From positions 22,834,871-22,898,870 of the forward strand of contig NC_092676.1 in NCBI RefSeq assembly GCF_964355755.1: a DNA stretch of 64,000 bases, written 5' to 3'. The DNA comes from Antedon mediterranea. Lineage: Eukaryota; Animalia; Echinodermata. The position numbers and the translations under genes are program-made. The notes under the pieces are model-generated. The model was not told where the DNA came from, did no database searches, and saw only the letters and a list, made by a program, of their open reading frames with translations. Below, in pieces: positions 25,478 through 37,500 of this stretch (the stretch's first letter is position 1; each line of letters begins with the position of its first letter).

Positions 25478-27552
25478 ATGGATCTACTATTCTTTGTCCT
25501 TTTGTCATCTTTTATCCATGGTACATATGGCTTCGCTGCTGGCGCTGGTTCGGGCTCGTGTGAATCGTTGGTACCAAAGCATAGTGATATTGAATCGCAG
25601 CCGCCAGCTGCGTCTCCCTGGACAGTAACTTCTTCTGCAACATCTTATACATCTGGACAGACGATTGACGGTTAGTTACCATTAGTTATAAAATACATTT
25701 TATTGATTGGGAACCAGAAATAGGAGTGTCCCAGAATAATCGTTAAATAATCATTTCTAATGTTGGAAGTCAGCCCTTGGCAAAGGCATGTAATCTCAGA
25801 TTGTATATTATATCTTTGCAAATTTGCATTGGAATTACACTTAGTATAGCCGTTCTAACCACATTTCTATAACATTGTTGGCTATGCAAAACGTAATAAT
25901 TTATGAACCAATGTTTAATGATCAGAAACAAATTATCAGTAAGATCATGGATATGAATATTTTATCCATGGTAAGATAGTCCTAAATACAGATTTGAAAC
26001 AGATGATAGAGGGCGTAACTTACGCATAATGACGTTTAAAGATTTCTTCCGCCATGTAAACGTTGTTTGAATTGGCTATAATCTTGTTTATGTGGACCTA
26101 TCTATTATTCAACGACTGATTCGAGAAAAATGTAGTTTGTAAATGGTAAGTATCATGAATAAACGAGCTATAAAAGAGCTTATTGTTTTACTGGTGTAGG
26201 CCTATTTTGAAGTATGTTTTTCGATATTAACCGGCTCAGCTATGTTCAACGCCACTAGCAACTACTCGTGTGCATCCTATTGATGATCGCCGAACAGGTG
26301 AACAAACAATACTAAAAACAATATAGCCATTGTGAGCATTTCTTGCAATACTGTACCTGCAACAATTTGGTTCATTGGAGAAAGGGTGAGGTAGCTCATT
26401 AAATATACCGTAACTACAAAATAGAAAGTATAGTACAGTACAGTATCAACAACTGTATCAATATAACAATGATAAATATAATATTGAACAGAATACCACT
26501 CATATATCTCTATAAAGATATATTTTGCTCAAAACATTACAATACAGATGAAAATATCTGTTATATAGGTTAAATAACATGTTCACTTTTTGTTGAAGCA
26601 ATGATCTAACTTATAAAAAAAGATAAAATAATGTTGTTTTTTTTTCTATAAAATAAAAAAGTCAATAACAATTATGTGGCTTTAAAATGGGCTATTCAAT
26701 AATATATTTTTCAGGGGACAATACATGTTTAAACACGTGTGGAATATAATATTCATAGGTACAATAATTTTCATGTTTATCTTCCACGTGTAATAAATAA
26801 TAAAAATATGTTCATATTGATTTGAATGTTTATACACACCTAAGCATAGGCCTACTTAGTATAAACTTTTCTATTTATTTTTAAACAGTAACCATTCAAG
26901 CCTCAGGAAGTCAGCAGTATATTGGTATTCTTCTTCAGGCTCGTCCAGCTGGATCTAATGTCCCAGTTGGAACATGGGTAACGAATGTGGCAGATACAAA
27001 GCTAAAGCAATGTACGAATGCAGACGACAGTGTAACTCATTCAAGCGATAGTTTAAAACCTGTGACGACAACATTTACCTGGATACCGCCCTCGTCCAAT
27101 GTTGGATCTATAGCGTTTCAGTGAGTCTATGTTTTCTACCAAGCAATACAAATTGCAAAGTAGTATTACTAGAAAAAAATGTTTGCAAAGCATTTGGCGA
27201 GCATATTACTTAATTATTTTATAATTGTGTTTTTGTACGATAACGTCCACAATTTCAAAGTTATCGTCATTAATATTTCGCACACAGTAAAATTGATATA
27301 TTCGTATACAAGTTAAAATGTCTTGATGAATCTCGATTTGTTATATTTTTTTTATTTAAGTTAAAATACCTCGATTTATTATATTTTATTTATATATTTT
27401 GATATATATTATTATTATAGTATTATACAAAATTATTAGTCGTATGTTAGGCTAAATTTAATATTGTATATATTTTTACAGTGCAACGTTTGTAGCAGCC
27501 TATGCAACATTTTGGGCAGATGTGACAAGTGTTTATATCAGTTATTCAACAA
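25478..27552 (+). CDS. Secreted Reeler-domain protein (defense-protein/SDR2-like N-terminus); 3' end unresolved
   Basis: Exons 25478-25670, 26889-27120, 27482-27552. Signal peptide then GAGSGSCESLVPKH...SPWTV...SYTSGQTIDVTI...YIGILLQARP...PVGTW...QCTNADDSVTHSSDSLK...FTWIPPSSNVGSIAFHATFVAAYATFW, the canonical Reeler motifs (C-x-x-x-x-P-x-H, G-x-L-L-Q-A-R, VG-x-W, VTH, W-x-P-P, F-x-AT-x-V, FW). Ends in a phase-1 GTAAG donor. Confidence 0.88.
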
Positions 27553-30500
27553 GTAAGACTTTATATCTAATATTTTACAAAAACTATAACCACAAAAACA
27601 ACAGAAACTTAAACAGATACACCACTTCCTGTAGTCTATGATTTAATTGGTAATTCGACGTAGTATATTAGTAAAATGACAAACATTTTGGCGCACGTGG
27701 CATGTCATACACTTCAGCTTGAATTGAGTTTCGAAAATATCGCCCGCGGGTGGCGCTATGTAAACTGAAACAAACTAGAGACTACACATTGTGTGGGTGT
27801 CACATAATTCATATCATTTTCTGCTAACCACAACCCATAATATTTTTATTTACATTATAAATACTGTAACAGAACAGAATAGAGCATGGTCGTGCGTGAA
27901 TAATATTACATACAAATTCGAAAATATAATAGTTTTACGTCATACGCAAGCAGTACCTGTCTCCAATGTGTAGATAATTCCCTTTTTGTTGAAAGGTATT
28001 TTCGCCGAACCACCTTTTGTATGTACAGTATGTATAGTCAAATGGCGTGTTTCAACAAAGACATGGCATGATATAGTCTAATGTCAAAGAGTTGAACTAT
28101 GCCCTTTTGTTGTTAGAGTTTGAGGAACTACGTTTTAAAACATGTTTATCTCACAATATTAGTAGCTTACTTTTATTTTTCAAAATTGCCAAGTAGGCCT
28201 ATCTTTCGAGAGAGAGAAGCGGAAAGGTTGTTAGGAATATCACTTATACCTTTCCCACATAACTCCACTTTCTCTCCCCTGGGATTTGTTTCCCCACTCC
28301 CAACCCACCATCTTAATTTTTTAGTTTTTTCAGTTACGACATTCATTGATCGCTCACGCCTATAATTTTATTTTATTTATTCATTCAAATTTATCAAATA
28401 AAAAGAGATATAAAGGGCAAGGAAAGACCAAATAGGTCAAAAACACTATGCTATTTGGTTAAGCCAAAACAGATAAAAACATTAAATTAGATAGATAAAA
28501 GATAAGAATGAAACGCCCTCATTCATTACCTATGTTGAGTATTACTACAGACGACTAAAACATGTGTATTGTTTTCTTTTTTATTAGAAAAAAACCCACC
28601 CTGATTTCAATAGGGAGGCTTAGTATATTTGTATTTTATTTAGGCTTGTTTGAACAGTTCCCAAAGTAGTATCTAATTGGTATATAGGTGAAAAGTTCAA
28701 CTTTGTTGAGTCTGACATTTGAATATGAATATTTCGCTTTCAAATTTTTCAGTTTTAATATAAAAAATAAGTAGTCAAAAACGTCACCGGAAAAGCCTTT
28801 CTAACATTTAATAGTCTAACTTCTAAGTTTACTTCTAGTCTATGTTTTCACTTCTTTTATAAAACATATACTTATAATTTATGTATATAATTATATAATT
28901 GTCTGTGTATAGTGAGTTCTGTAGTTTTAGTAAGTTTTTAAAGTTTGTTTATGAACAGGACTATATGTAAAACAGGTGATATGTTTTTATCCCGTATAAA
29001 TATTAAATAAAAAAAATACAGTTAAATTGTATAAGGTCTGTATATAGGCCTACAAAATCAAGCCATGTGGACCTTTAAAATACCAAATCAATTATTTGTT
29101 TTACTAACGTTTGTACAATTAATAGCTACGAACCTTTAAAAACCAAATTAATCAAAACAAGGGTTTTCAATCAAATGTTTTATTAATTTATAAATCTTGT
29201 TAAAGAGACTTACGAAACTTGTAAAAGTTAAACAGTTTTAAGGAGTTTTGAGGTGGGTACTATATTTCTTGCTATCTAAAATGGGATCTTTGCTTATGGT
29301 GTCATCTGTCAACCCTTGGGCTATACAAATGTCTGACTTTCTGGAAAGTCTGTTTCTGTGAATGTAATTTTAATATTATATTATCAATGGATTTGTGACC
29401 TTGTTGGACGTAAGCCTTTCTGGTTTTGCAGTGGTCTTACTGATACGAGACGGCACGTGTCAGTTGGCGGATTATTTAACCTAGGACTTTGAACTTCTAA
29501 ATACTACTGCTATAATACACCACATAAAGCCTATAGTTAAATTGGCACTCCTTAAATTCCACATATACAAGCGGCTTTGTGCAACCTAAATTCTTCAACG
29601 GAATTACTTGATTCAGTGAGTTCACACAACCTCGCACAGTACTCCTTTTGTTGCTGCTTGGACCGCTGTTTAGTTTCGTTAACTTATTTTACTTCCATTA
29701 CATTATCCTGTAAGATATAATTATATTTGAAAATGTGTAGCATTATTATCAAGAAATTAGCCTAAATTATTAAGCAATATACACATTTTTTAAATGAGGT
29801 TTCGCATAGAAACATGGCATTACTGTATAAACTACTTCAGACAGAATAGTATATAAAAACATAGTTTTAGGAGTTTTAGGAATATGAATGGTAAAATCAC
29901 CGATTTTCAATAGCATGAAATTTGATTCCACCTACATTCCTCTAAACTAAGACAGCTTTAATGTGATTTTAGTTCATATAATAGTATTTAAAGTTCCTGG
30001 AAATATTAAAGTGTAATTATTGCCAAATTCCTAAGTTTGTTTTGATCAGTGAAGTATTCAACATATGAATAGTGCTCAAGTTATGGATTAAGAAACAGCT
30101 TAGAGGTAGCCAGTATTAGTTACATAGGAACACTTGGTGTCCTTTTACTGTACGCACTGCTGTCTTGTAGGAGGAGCGCGTAGGAGGCCTACTAGTGTCC
30201 GGGTTCAAATCAGATCCAGAAATGTGAACGGTATTCAGGGCTATTTTGATTATGCATGACTGCTTCCTAGCAACTGAGTTGATATAGGGAAAAATGAATG
30301 CCATATTTGTGTTTAGACATAATGATATACCAGTAATTTTCGAAAAATGAGTTAAACAATTATAAACCAGTTGGTATACTTTACGTATTTACGCCTTGTA
30401 AATCTTGCCTTGCTTAATATATGAATGTTTGTAGCTTATACCGAAACAACATCATAAAAAAAGGAATAACAAACTTTTAATAAGTATAGTAAGTTAGTTT

Positions 30501-31944
30501 AGTCCTCTTTAATCAATGTTGTGAAGTGGAATAAAAGGTTTAAATAGGAGATCAAGCCTGTATAATAATGTTATTACGACAAAAATGGAATCATAATACA
30601 AATCATATCCAGAGGTATTCTGAAATGTAGGTCAATTTAGTATGTCAGAGAAAGAAAAAAACATATTTTAGTAAAATGTAAATGGTTGTTTTCAATTAAG
30701 CTTTACACACTCAGGCTGCAAAAAGTCAAGAAATGAAAAGATAACTAAAAGATAATAGAATTGAATTGATCAGGGCGATCAGGGCAAAATAGGTCCACTT
30801 GGCAAAATCCAGAAAATCGACAGAGGGCGCACTATTTAAGATTGTGGCCCATATTGAAAATACAGATAACTCGAGCTGTTGTGACGTAATAAATATATAT
30901 TTTCTTGAATATTATGGTATATACCTATTAACATAAAAACGAAACATATGTATAAAAGATATGGAAAAAAAAAAACCAAAAAACAAAAACAAAAACGAAA
31001 CGCAAAATACGCACGCTATACTGTAGAATGTATTTGCGGGTTATTTTATCCGAGAGTTTCGAGGAAATATTCTAGGGAATGCCAACAATGTTTTAAAACC
31101 AATCACAGATTTTTTGTTATTAAACGCAAATTCAAAACTTATTCAATTCAAAATTTACACATAAAACAGCAATAATAATTGAGTGATCGTTCGTGCAGCG
31201 GTTTGTGTGAGAATTCAACGCAAAATAAAAATGAATGCTAATGTTTATGGTTGATTGAATGCGCAATATAATTGTTCATTACTGTACCCAATACCTTAAA
31301 ATACCGTCTATTCATCTACTACAAAACATTTTAAACCCCTCAAGGGGTTTACATAATAGGAGACGTCTCAACGAGAACTAGCTATTCAGTCAATTTGTTT
31401 AGTGTATTATTTACCCAGGAAGGTAACCCAATTGTATAGAAAAGTTTGATGTTGAAATATAATGCGTTGAAAACTTAGTTTTGTGTCAAATATATTTCAT
31501 TGTTCGTGACAGTGTACTTATTTTACTTTAAAAAGTAGACACACTGTAATAATATATAGTATATAACGAAGGAACGAAGTTTTTGCTGCAAAAAAAAAAA
31601 CCAAAAACCGTAGAATTACTTTTTGGTGTAAAGATGTTGATCATTTAGATTTAGAACATTCATTTTAATTTATCATAATTAAAAGAATGATGTACGTTTA
31701 AAGAAGTTATTGTTTGGATATATAAAAATATTTCTACGATTAATTTTTACTTCAATGTTTGATTACAATGTTAGATTTCCTGAAAACATGAATGATATCA
31801 TAAAATACTGATGAAAGAACATCTTATTCTGGTAAACATGTTTGAATAATAGTAACATTTAAGTAACCTAAAAACAATATAAAGTAACTGTTTTTCCTCT
31901 GTAGGCTAGGATTTAAGCCGCTTGTATAGTTGTCATAATGTTAA

Positions 31945-32183
31945 AGATATATTATCCACTTGAAAATATATTTGTTCTAAAATGTTTTTATTGCATATGC
32001 CATTTTAATGTCACATAATAGTTAACCACTTCCACCAAAAAAAATTATTTACCTTAAAAAAACTGTAATTTAATGCAAAAATAGTCAAATTGGCTGCCAG
32101 CCAGCCAAAAATTACAAAATAATCTGTTCAAAGTCTGATCTAATTAACCTTCACTTTTCATGTTTTTGGGAAACAATACAACT
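31945..32183. mobile_element. Family 3 (TTAA, Kolobok-like) copy
   Basis: TTAA|AGATATATTATCC...GGGAAACAATACAACT|TTAA. Confidence 0.72.
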
Positions 32184-32819
32184 TTAACAGTTAAATGTTA
32201 TTTTAAATCTAAACTAAAATGTAAACTATCGGTGTTTTTGAAAAGGTTTAGGTTGTATGAATATAATAACAAAACAATGACCACAGACACTTTACAGTAA
32301 GTTATCCCATGGTTCCTTATTTGTGGTTTAACTTGGATTATTGGCAAAGTTCATAGTTTAATTAAAGACTACGGGTCCTTTTAAAACGTCACCTTAACCC
32401 CATAATCCACATTATACTGAAAGAATAGAAAACATTGACACATATATTTAGTTGTTATTAACCTATCTGTCTTAAGGTCATTGGTTCAATTCTGCCTCTG
32501 ATCATACGACATACCATAATTCAGATAGTTTAGTTTGTTTCTGGTGCATTCACGCTACATACGAAGCGCTGTTGGGGACATACCAATACAAACTGTTGTT
32601 TTGTCAGAAAGAAATGTTCCAAACTGTGCCCACAGTGATGCTCACTGTTTTGCGTACAAAAACGATACATTCCCCAGTTTCAATAGTTTCATATTTGAGT
32701 ATTACCGTACCTCTTTCAAGATTATGTATTTTTTAAACCATATTTAATGAGGGTAATCATTATGGACCCCCAGAAGACAAACATATACACAAGATGCTCA
32801 AAGATAAACAAAGTCTTAT

Positions 32820-32931
32820 TACAAGTCTTTTGGGAGTGGAGTTATGATTTTGTCCTTAGAAAAAAAACCCTGACATGTGACGGAACTTGAACCCAGGGGT
32901 GGCAGCCAAGCATCATAACCACCACAACTCC
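32820..32931 (-). mobile_element. tRNA-derived SINE copy
   Basis: Reverse complement GGAGTTGTGGTGGTTATGATGCTTGGCTGCC...GGGTTCAAGTTCC...AACTCCACTCCCAAAAGACTTGT matches the 44112 copy. Confidence 0.65.
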
Positions 32932-33439
32932 ACTGATATCCAAACTTTTATCTTTATTTCCATTAGAATTCATTGTGTGTTTATATAAATACTTTACTAT
33001 CATAATTCGCTTCATGTTTTTACCTTCTTTACACAGACTTTCCCAATAACCGTTATTAACGAAATTAAATGGTGTATACCAGTCAATTTATCCGGCGTGA
33101 AATTGAGACTTAATTATTTCTAAAAGATTTATATTAACCAATTGAAGCACGTGTAATTTTAATCAGCAATTACGCAAATAGAGATTGTTATCGATGTGAT
33201 TTTGCTTTTTAGGATAAGCATTGCATTTTTTTTTTGGTATATTTTTGTTTCTGATGCTTCGACTCCGACCTCGATACACGGTTTCTTCAGGCTTTAACAA
33301 GAACATGTGTACTGTAACGAAGATAATATAAATACCAATATATAATGTATATTATATAAATTGAGTGAATGATGTCACACCTACATACAAAATTGTACCA
33401 ACAATAACATTGATTGATTGATGCATCTGTAAAAAATAT

Positions 33440-33690
33440 ACGAGAAACCTAATACGCTATGAGAAACACGATAAGGGATGCATAATGATGTGATACGTAA
33501 TACAATAGGAGAAACGTAATAAGAAACGTAATACAATATGGGATACATAATACAATATAAGAAACGTAATACAATATGAGAAACGTAATTAAAAGAATCG
33601 AAATAATTTCAAGCGTAATGTAATAATGAGAAACGTATTCACTGAGATAAGTAATGTTGTAGAACGAATAAAATATGAGAAACGTTAAAA
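33440..33690. repeat. Degenerate ~19-bp minisatellite
   Basis: Repeated GAGAAACGTAATACAATAT-like units. Confidence 0.7.
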
Positions 33691-34566
33691 TGTATATTGG
33701 ATATTATTTTGACATAGTGTAGCCTACGTACTTACATGTTTCACAAACTGCTATTAAGTAGTACCGTACATAATCTATTGAAATTGAAATTTTCTATCAA
33801 CAATACAGTTTGTATTTCTGTTGTTAAACAACCCCAATGCAATTGTGGCTAAGTTCGAAGGTAAATTCTCACTACCAACATACTCATTCTTAAATCATTA
33901 AAAACGCAAGTATTATTTATATTCATTTATTTTGGCCAGGTAAACCAAATACAAGGTTGTACAATGTAAAACCAAGATTATACTAATCAAGAAATGAAAC
34001 GTACGTAGGCCTATTTGTCTCTAATCATACAGTTATGTACTTAGTATGTGAACTACGCCTGAGAGATCCGTAGCAACTTCGTACAACACTATTGAAAAAA
34101 TATAGTTACATACGGCTGCATTTCATTTATTTTCTAGATTACCGGTATTATATTAAATTTTAGATAAATATACCGGATACCACTAAGCTAATTCTTAACC
34201 CATAATATTTGAGTACCATTATGTACAGTTTCTGTAGACTCGAGCGAGATTAAGTCTATTGTTAGGGTCGCCTTCTTTATAGTTTAAATGGGTTGAATAG
34301 CGTTACCAGGCTTAATGATTGGCTATCAGCGATTTACATAATAATCAATGATCAAGAAAATACACTCACCGTGTTAAGTAAACAATAGAATAGCAACAAT
34401 GGGTAAAATGCAACCCTCAATACATCTAAAACCTTGAACAAACTATACATACGCACCTAAAAAAGTCAATAACAATTCTAAACTGAGGAAAATCAGACAC
34501 AAGGTGTAGAACTGCTGAAGGTGTGACAATCAGAAGAGACTGGATCAGATCAAACAAACTTAAATC

Positions 34567-37500
34567 ATGTCGTCTGGATTGTTCTTGCTTGTCATTGCTT
34601 CCACGTTGGGGTTAGTGGCAGGACAGTGTAAGTTGAAAAAACAATGTTTAGTTTGACGTATGATAGAGAGAATATTGCAAAATATATCGTCTATCGACTA
34701 TAAGGCTTTGTTCACACGCAGCTCAACGCAAACGACGTATCGACGCAAAGTGCCGTATTGCGTAAACAAGTTGTAGGCCTTAACCCGCCGACGATGCAAC
34801 AGTCGCTACGGGAAATCAATACAGCTTGATTTCATGCAACAACATATGCAACAACATATGCAAACGCACAAGGGCAACATAGTCAACAACGAACGTTGAC
34901 GTAACCAAACAGGTTTGATTTCACGCAGGTTGGGGTTGGATGGAGGAGGGGGGAGGGGGCGGAGATAGGGGCGGGCATTGTTATTTGAAGGGCATTTTCT
35001 TACGTTGCGTCGCACGTTGCGTCGCTTACGTTGCGTTGCGTCGAGTACAGAATTAATACTCATTACTCATAGAAGACTTCCAGATTTACTGTGAGGCAAT
35101 CAGGGTTTATGGTTCATGTCCTGTTAGTAAAAAGGTGAACGAAAGGTTCTTAAATTTTAATCAAAATAGTATAGTAAGTATAGGTAGTACGTTCTCGACT
35201 ACCTTCACTTTTGTAGAAATACAACAATGTCTATGAAACCAATAGTTGCACTGATTATGTTTTAAAAACATAGCATAAAACTAACTCTAAATAACGAGAA
35301 GCAAGCCATGATTCAACGTTTCGATCTTTACTTATCTTTATTCCTGATGATGATCAAACAAAGGTCGAAACGTTGAATCATGGCTTGCCTCTCGTTTTTT
35401 TGGAGTCAGTTTTATTCAATGTCTATGATGTTCTTGTTACCTTTTTGATGTTCCATTCATTTATATGACTTGTGTGCAATAGGGTGACAGTATTGTACAG
35501 TCTAATGAAATTCAGCTTTTACATTTTTTTCTCGATGATTAAATATGTTTTTGATGTTTGTTATAGCTTTTAATATTTTATTCATTATATATTTTATAAA
35601 TGTAAATATTGTAACAATTCAGCTTTCTGCCACTACAATTTTGTTTTAATAAATATACCTAGAAGAATAATAAATTAAGTTTACGTTCACACTGAGTTTG
35701 GATTCCGATCTGGTAGTCAGATAAGCGATCATAAAATACTGTATGGATGTAGTGTTTGAGATTAGAATCGTTCGATTTCGTACAATACCTACATGTGTGA
35801 TCGGGAAACCCAGTAGCCCAGAATGTCCCTTTGACAATGGACAACTGAACCAAATCCGGACTTAGTTTGAACGTAGCTTAACTGATCATCCGGATTAATG
35901 TTTGTACTTGATTCTACCTATTATCTTATTTTCTCGTTTCGCAAAGATAATTAATAAACCAACTTTTCAGGGAAATAATTTGTTTATACCACGGAAGAGT
36001 GAAATTCGTCTTAACAGAATCTGATTTAGAATTTAGAGTTTTTGTCTGTGTTTATGGCCAACGGATACAAAAATAATTAATAATTCATAATTTCTGCATC
36101 GCCTACCAATGGAGACGCGTTCCGTGGTTTCTAGTTAGCATTAACAGTATTTTTACATTTCTGTGTCATTTTTCTAACAGCATATTGTGGCACAAATGCC
36201 AATCCCTGCCAAAATAACGGACAATGTGTCGACACTGGAAATTGGTACATGTGTATGTGTCCTGAAGGGTTTATGGGAGATATGTGTGAAACAGGTAAGT
36301 TGTTATTTTAATATATTTTTGTAGGCCTGTATCAGGAAGTTTCTTTATAACAAACATTAAATGGGGCGCTGTGCTAAATCACATTAGTCTTAAAGATGTA
36401 TTATCCCGCTTGCTGAAAAAATAGTTCTGAACAACATTTTTGTTGAATAGCCTATGCCATTTTAATGTAACATAACAAAAAAAATTGGATGAAAAAAATG
36501 TATTTACCTGAGCAAAATGTAATTTAAAGCAAAAAATTGTAAAATTGGCTGCCAGATTTAATTTAACCATTTATTATGTTATTTTATAAGTGAAAACATT
36601 ATTTGTTTTCCTTTTTTTTCTACGGAAGTGATTAACTTTATTAAAACTACACAATAACCTATTCAAAGTCTGATTTAATTAATCTTCATTTTTCATGTTT
36701 TTGGGGACAATACATCTTTAAAGTTATATTTGATAAATATATAATTATTATTATATATATTATATTGTTTGTTTATCAACTTTTTAGTGGAGATTTTCAT
36801 CTATGTCAGTTGTTTTAAAACAACAGAAAAAAAAAATAAAGCACAAGCAGTTCTTGCGAACAAACTCATGTGCAATTACTTTATACGGACATTGTGATAT
36901 CAATCAATCAAATAAATCAAAATAAATATAATATAGCTAAACGTATATTGTTGATGCCTTTGACAATTAGCATGTGTATTTTGTAGGTGGTACAACAACA
37001 CCATGCGACTCTTCTCCTTGTTTTAATGGTGGTACATGCAACAACGTTGGTACAACATCATGGATGTGTACATGTCCATCAACGTATACTGGTAGTCAGT
37101 GCCAGACATCTGTAGGTTAGTAATTATTCTATTATCGCTTGTATATTTGGAAACTGATAAAACCTGTACCTGAATGTGCCTTGCGTAACTTGCAAAAATG
37201 TTTTTACCGGACAACTAGAGGAAGGCTTTGTGGAGTCGTTAATGTATCTTCTCCAGTAGGGTATACGACTCATCTATGTTTTTGTTGCAAAAAACTACTC
37301 GCTTATTAATAGAGCAATACATAAAAGGTGTCGATTATACCGTAGCTGTAGCAGTTGGAAACCAGGCAATATGAATGTAAACGACACGGTTCAACGTATG
37401 ACAACACATCTCACTAATTATAGACATTTGTAAAGAATTTGTTATTATAGTCTGATTATTCTTTTCTGGAAAGAGAAATCACGAAACGTAACTAGAGTCG

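Noticed and set aside
29150-30310. Possible decayed minus-strand coding sequence (QKEYCARLCEL..., CGI*GVPI*L*ALCGV, DTSRP), faintly NACHT-like
   Set aside because: Many stops and no recognisable Walker motifs; similarity too weak to support without a translated search.
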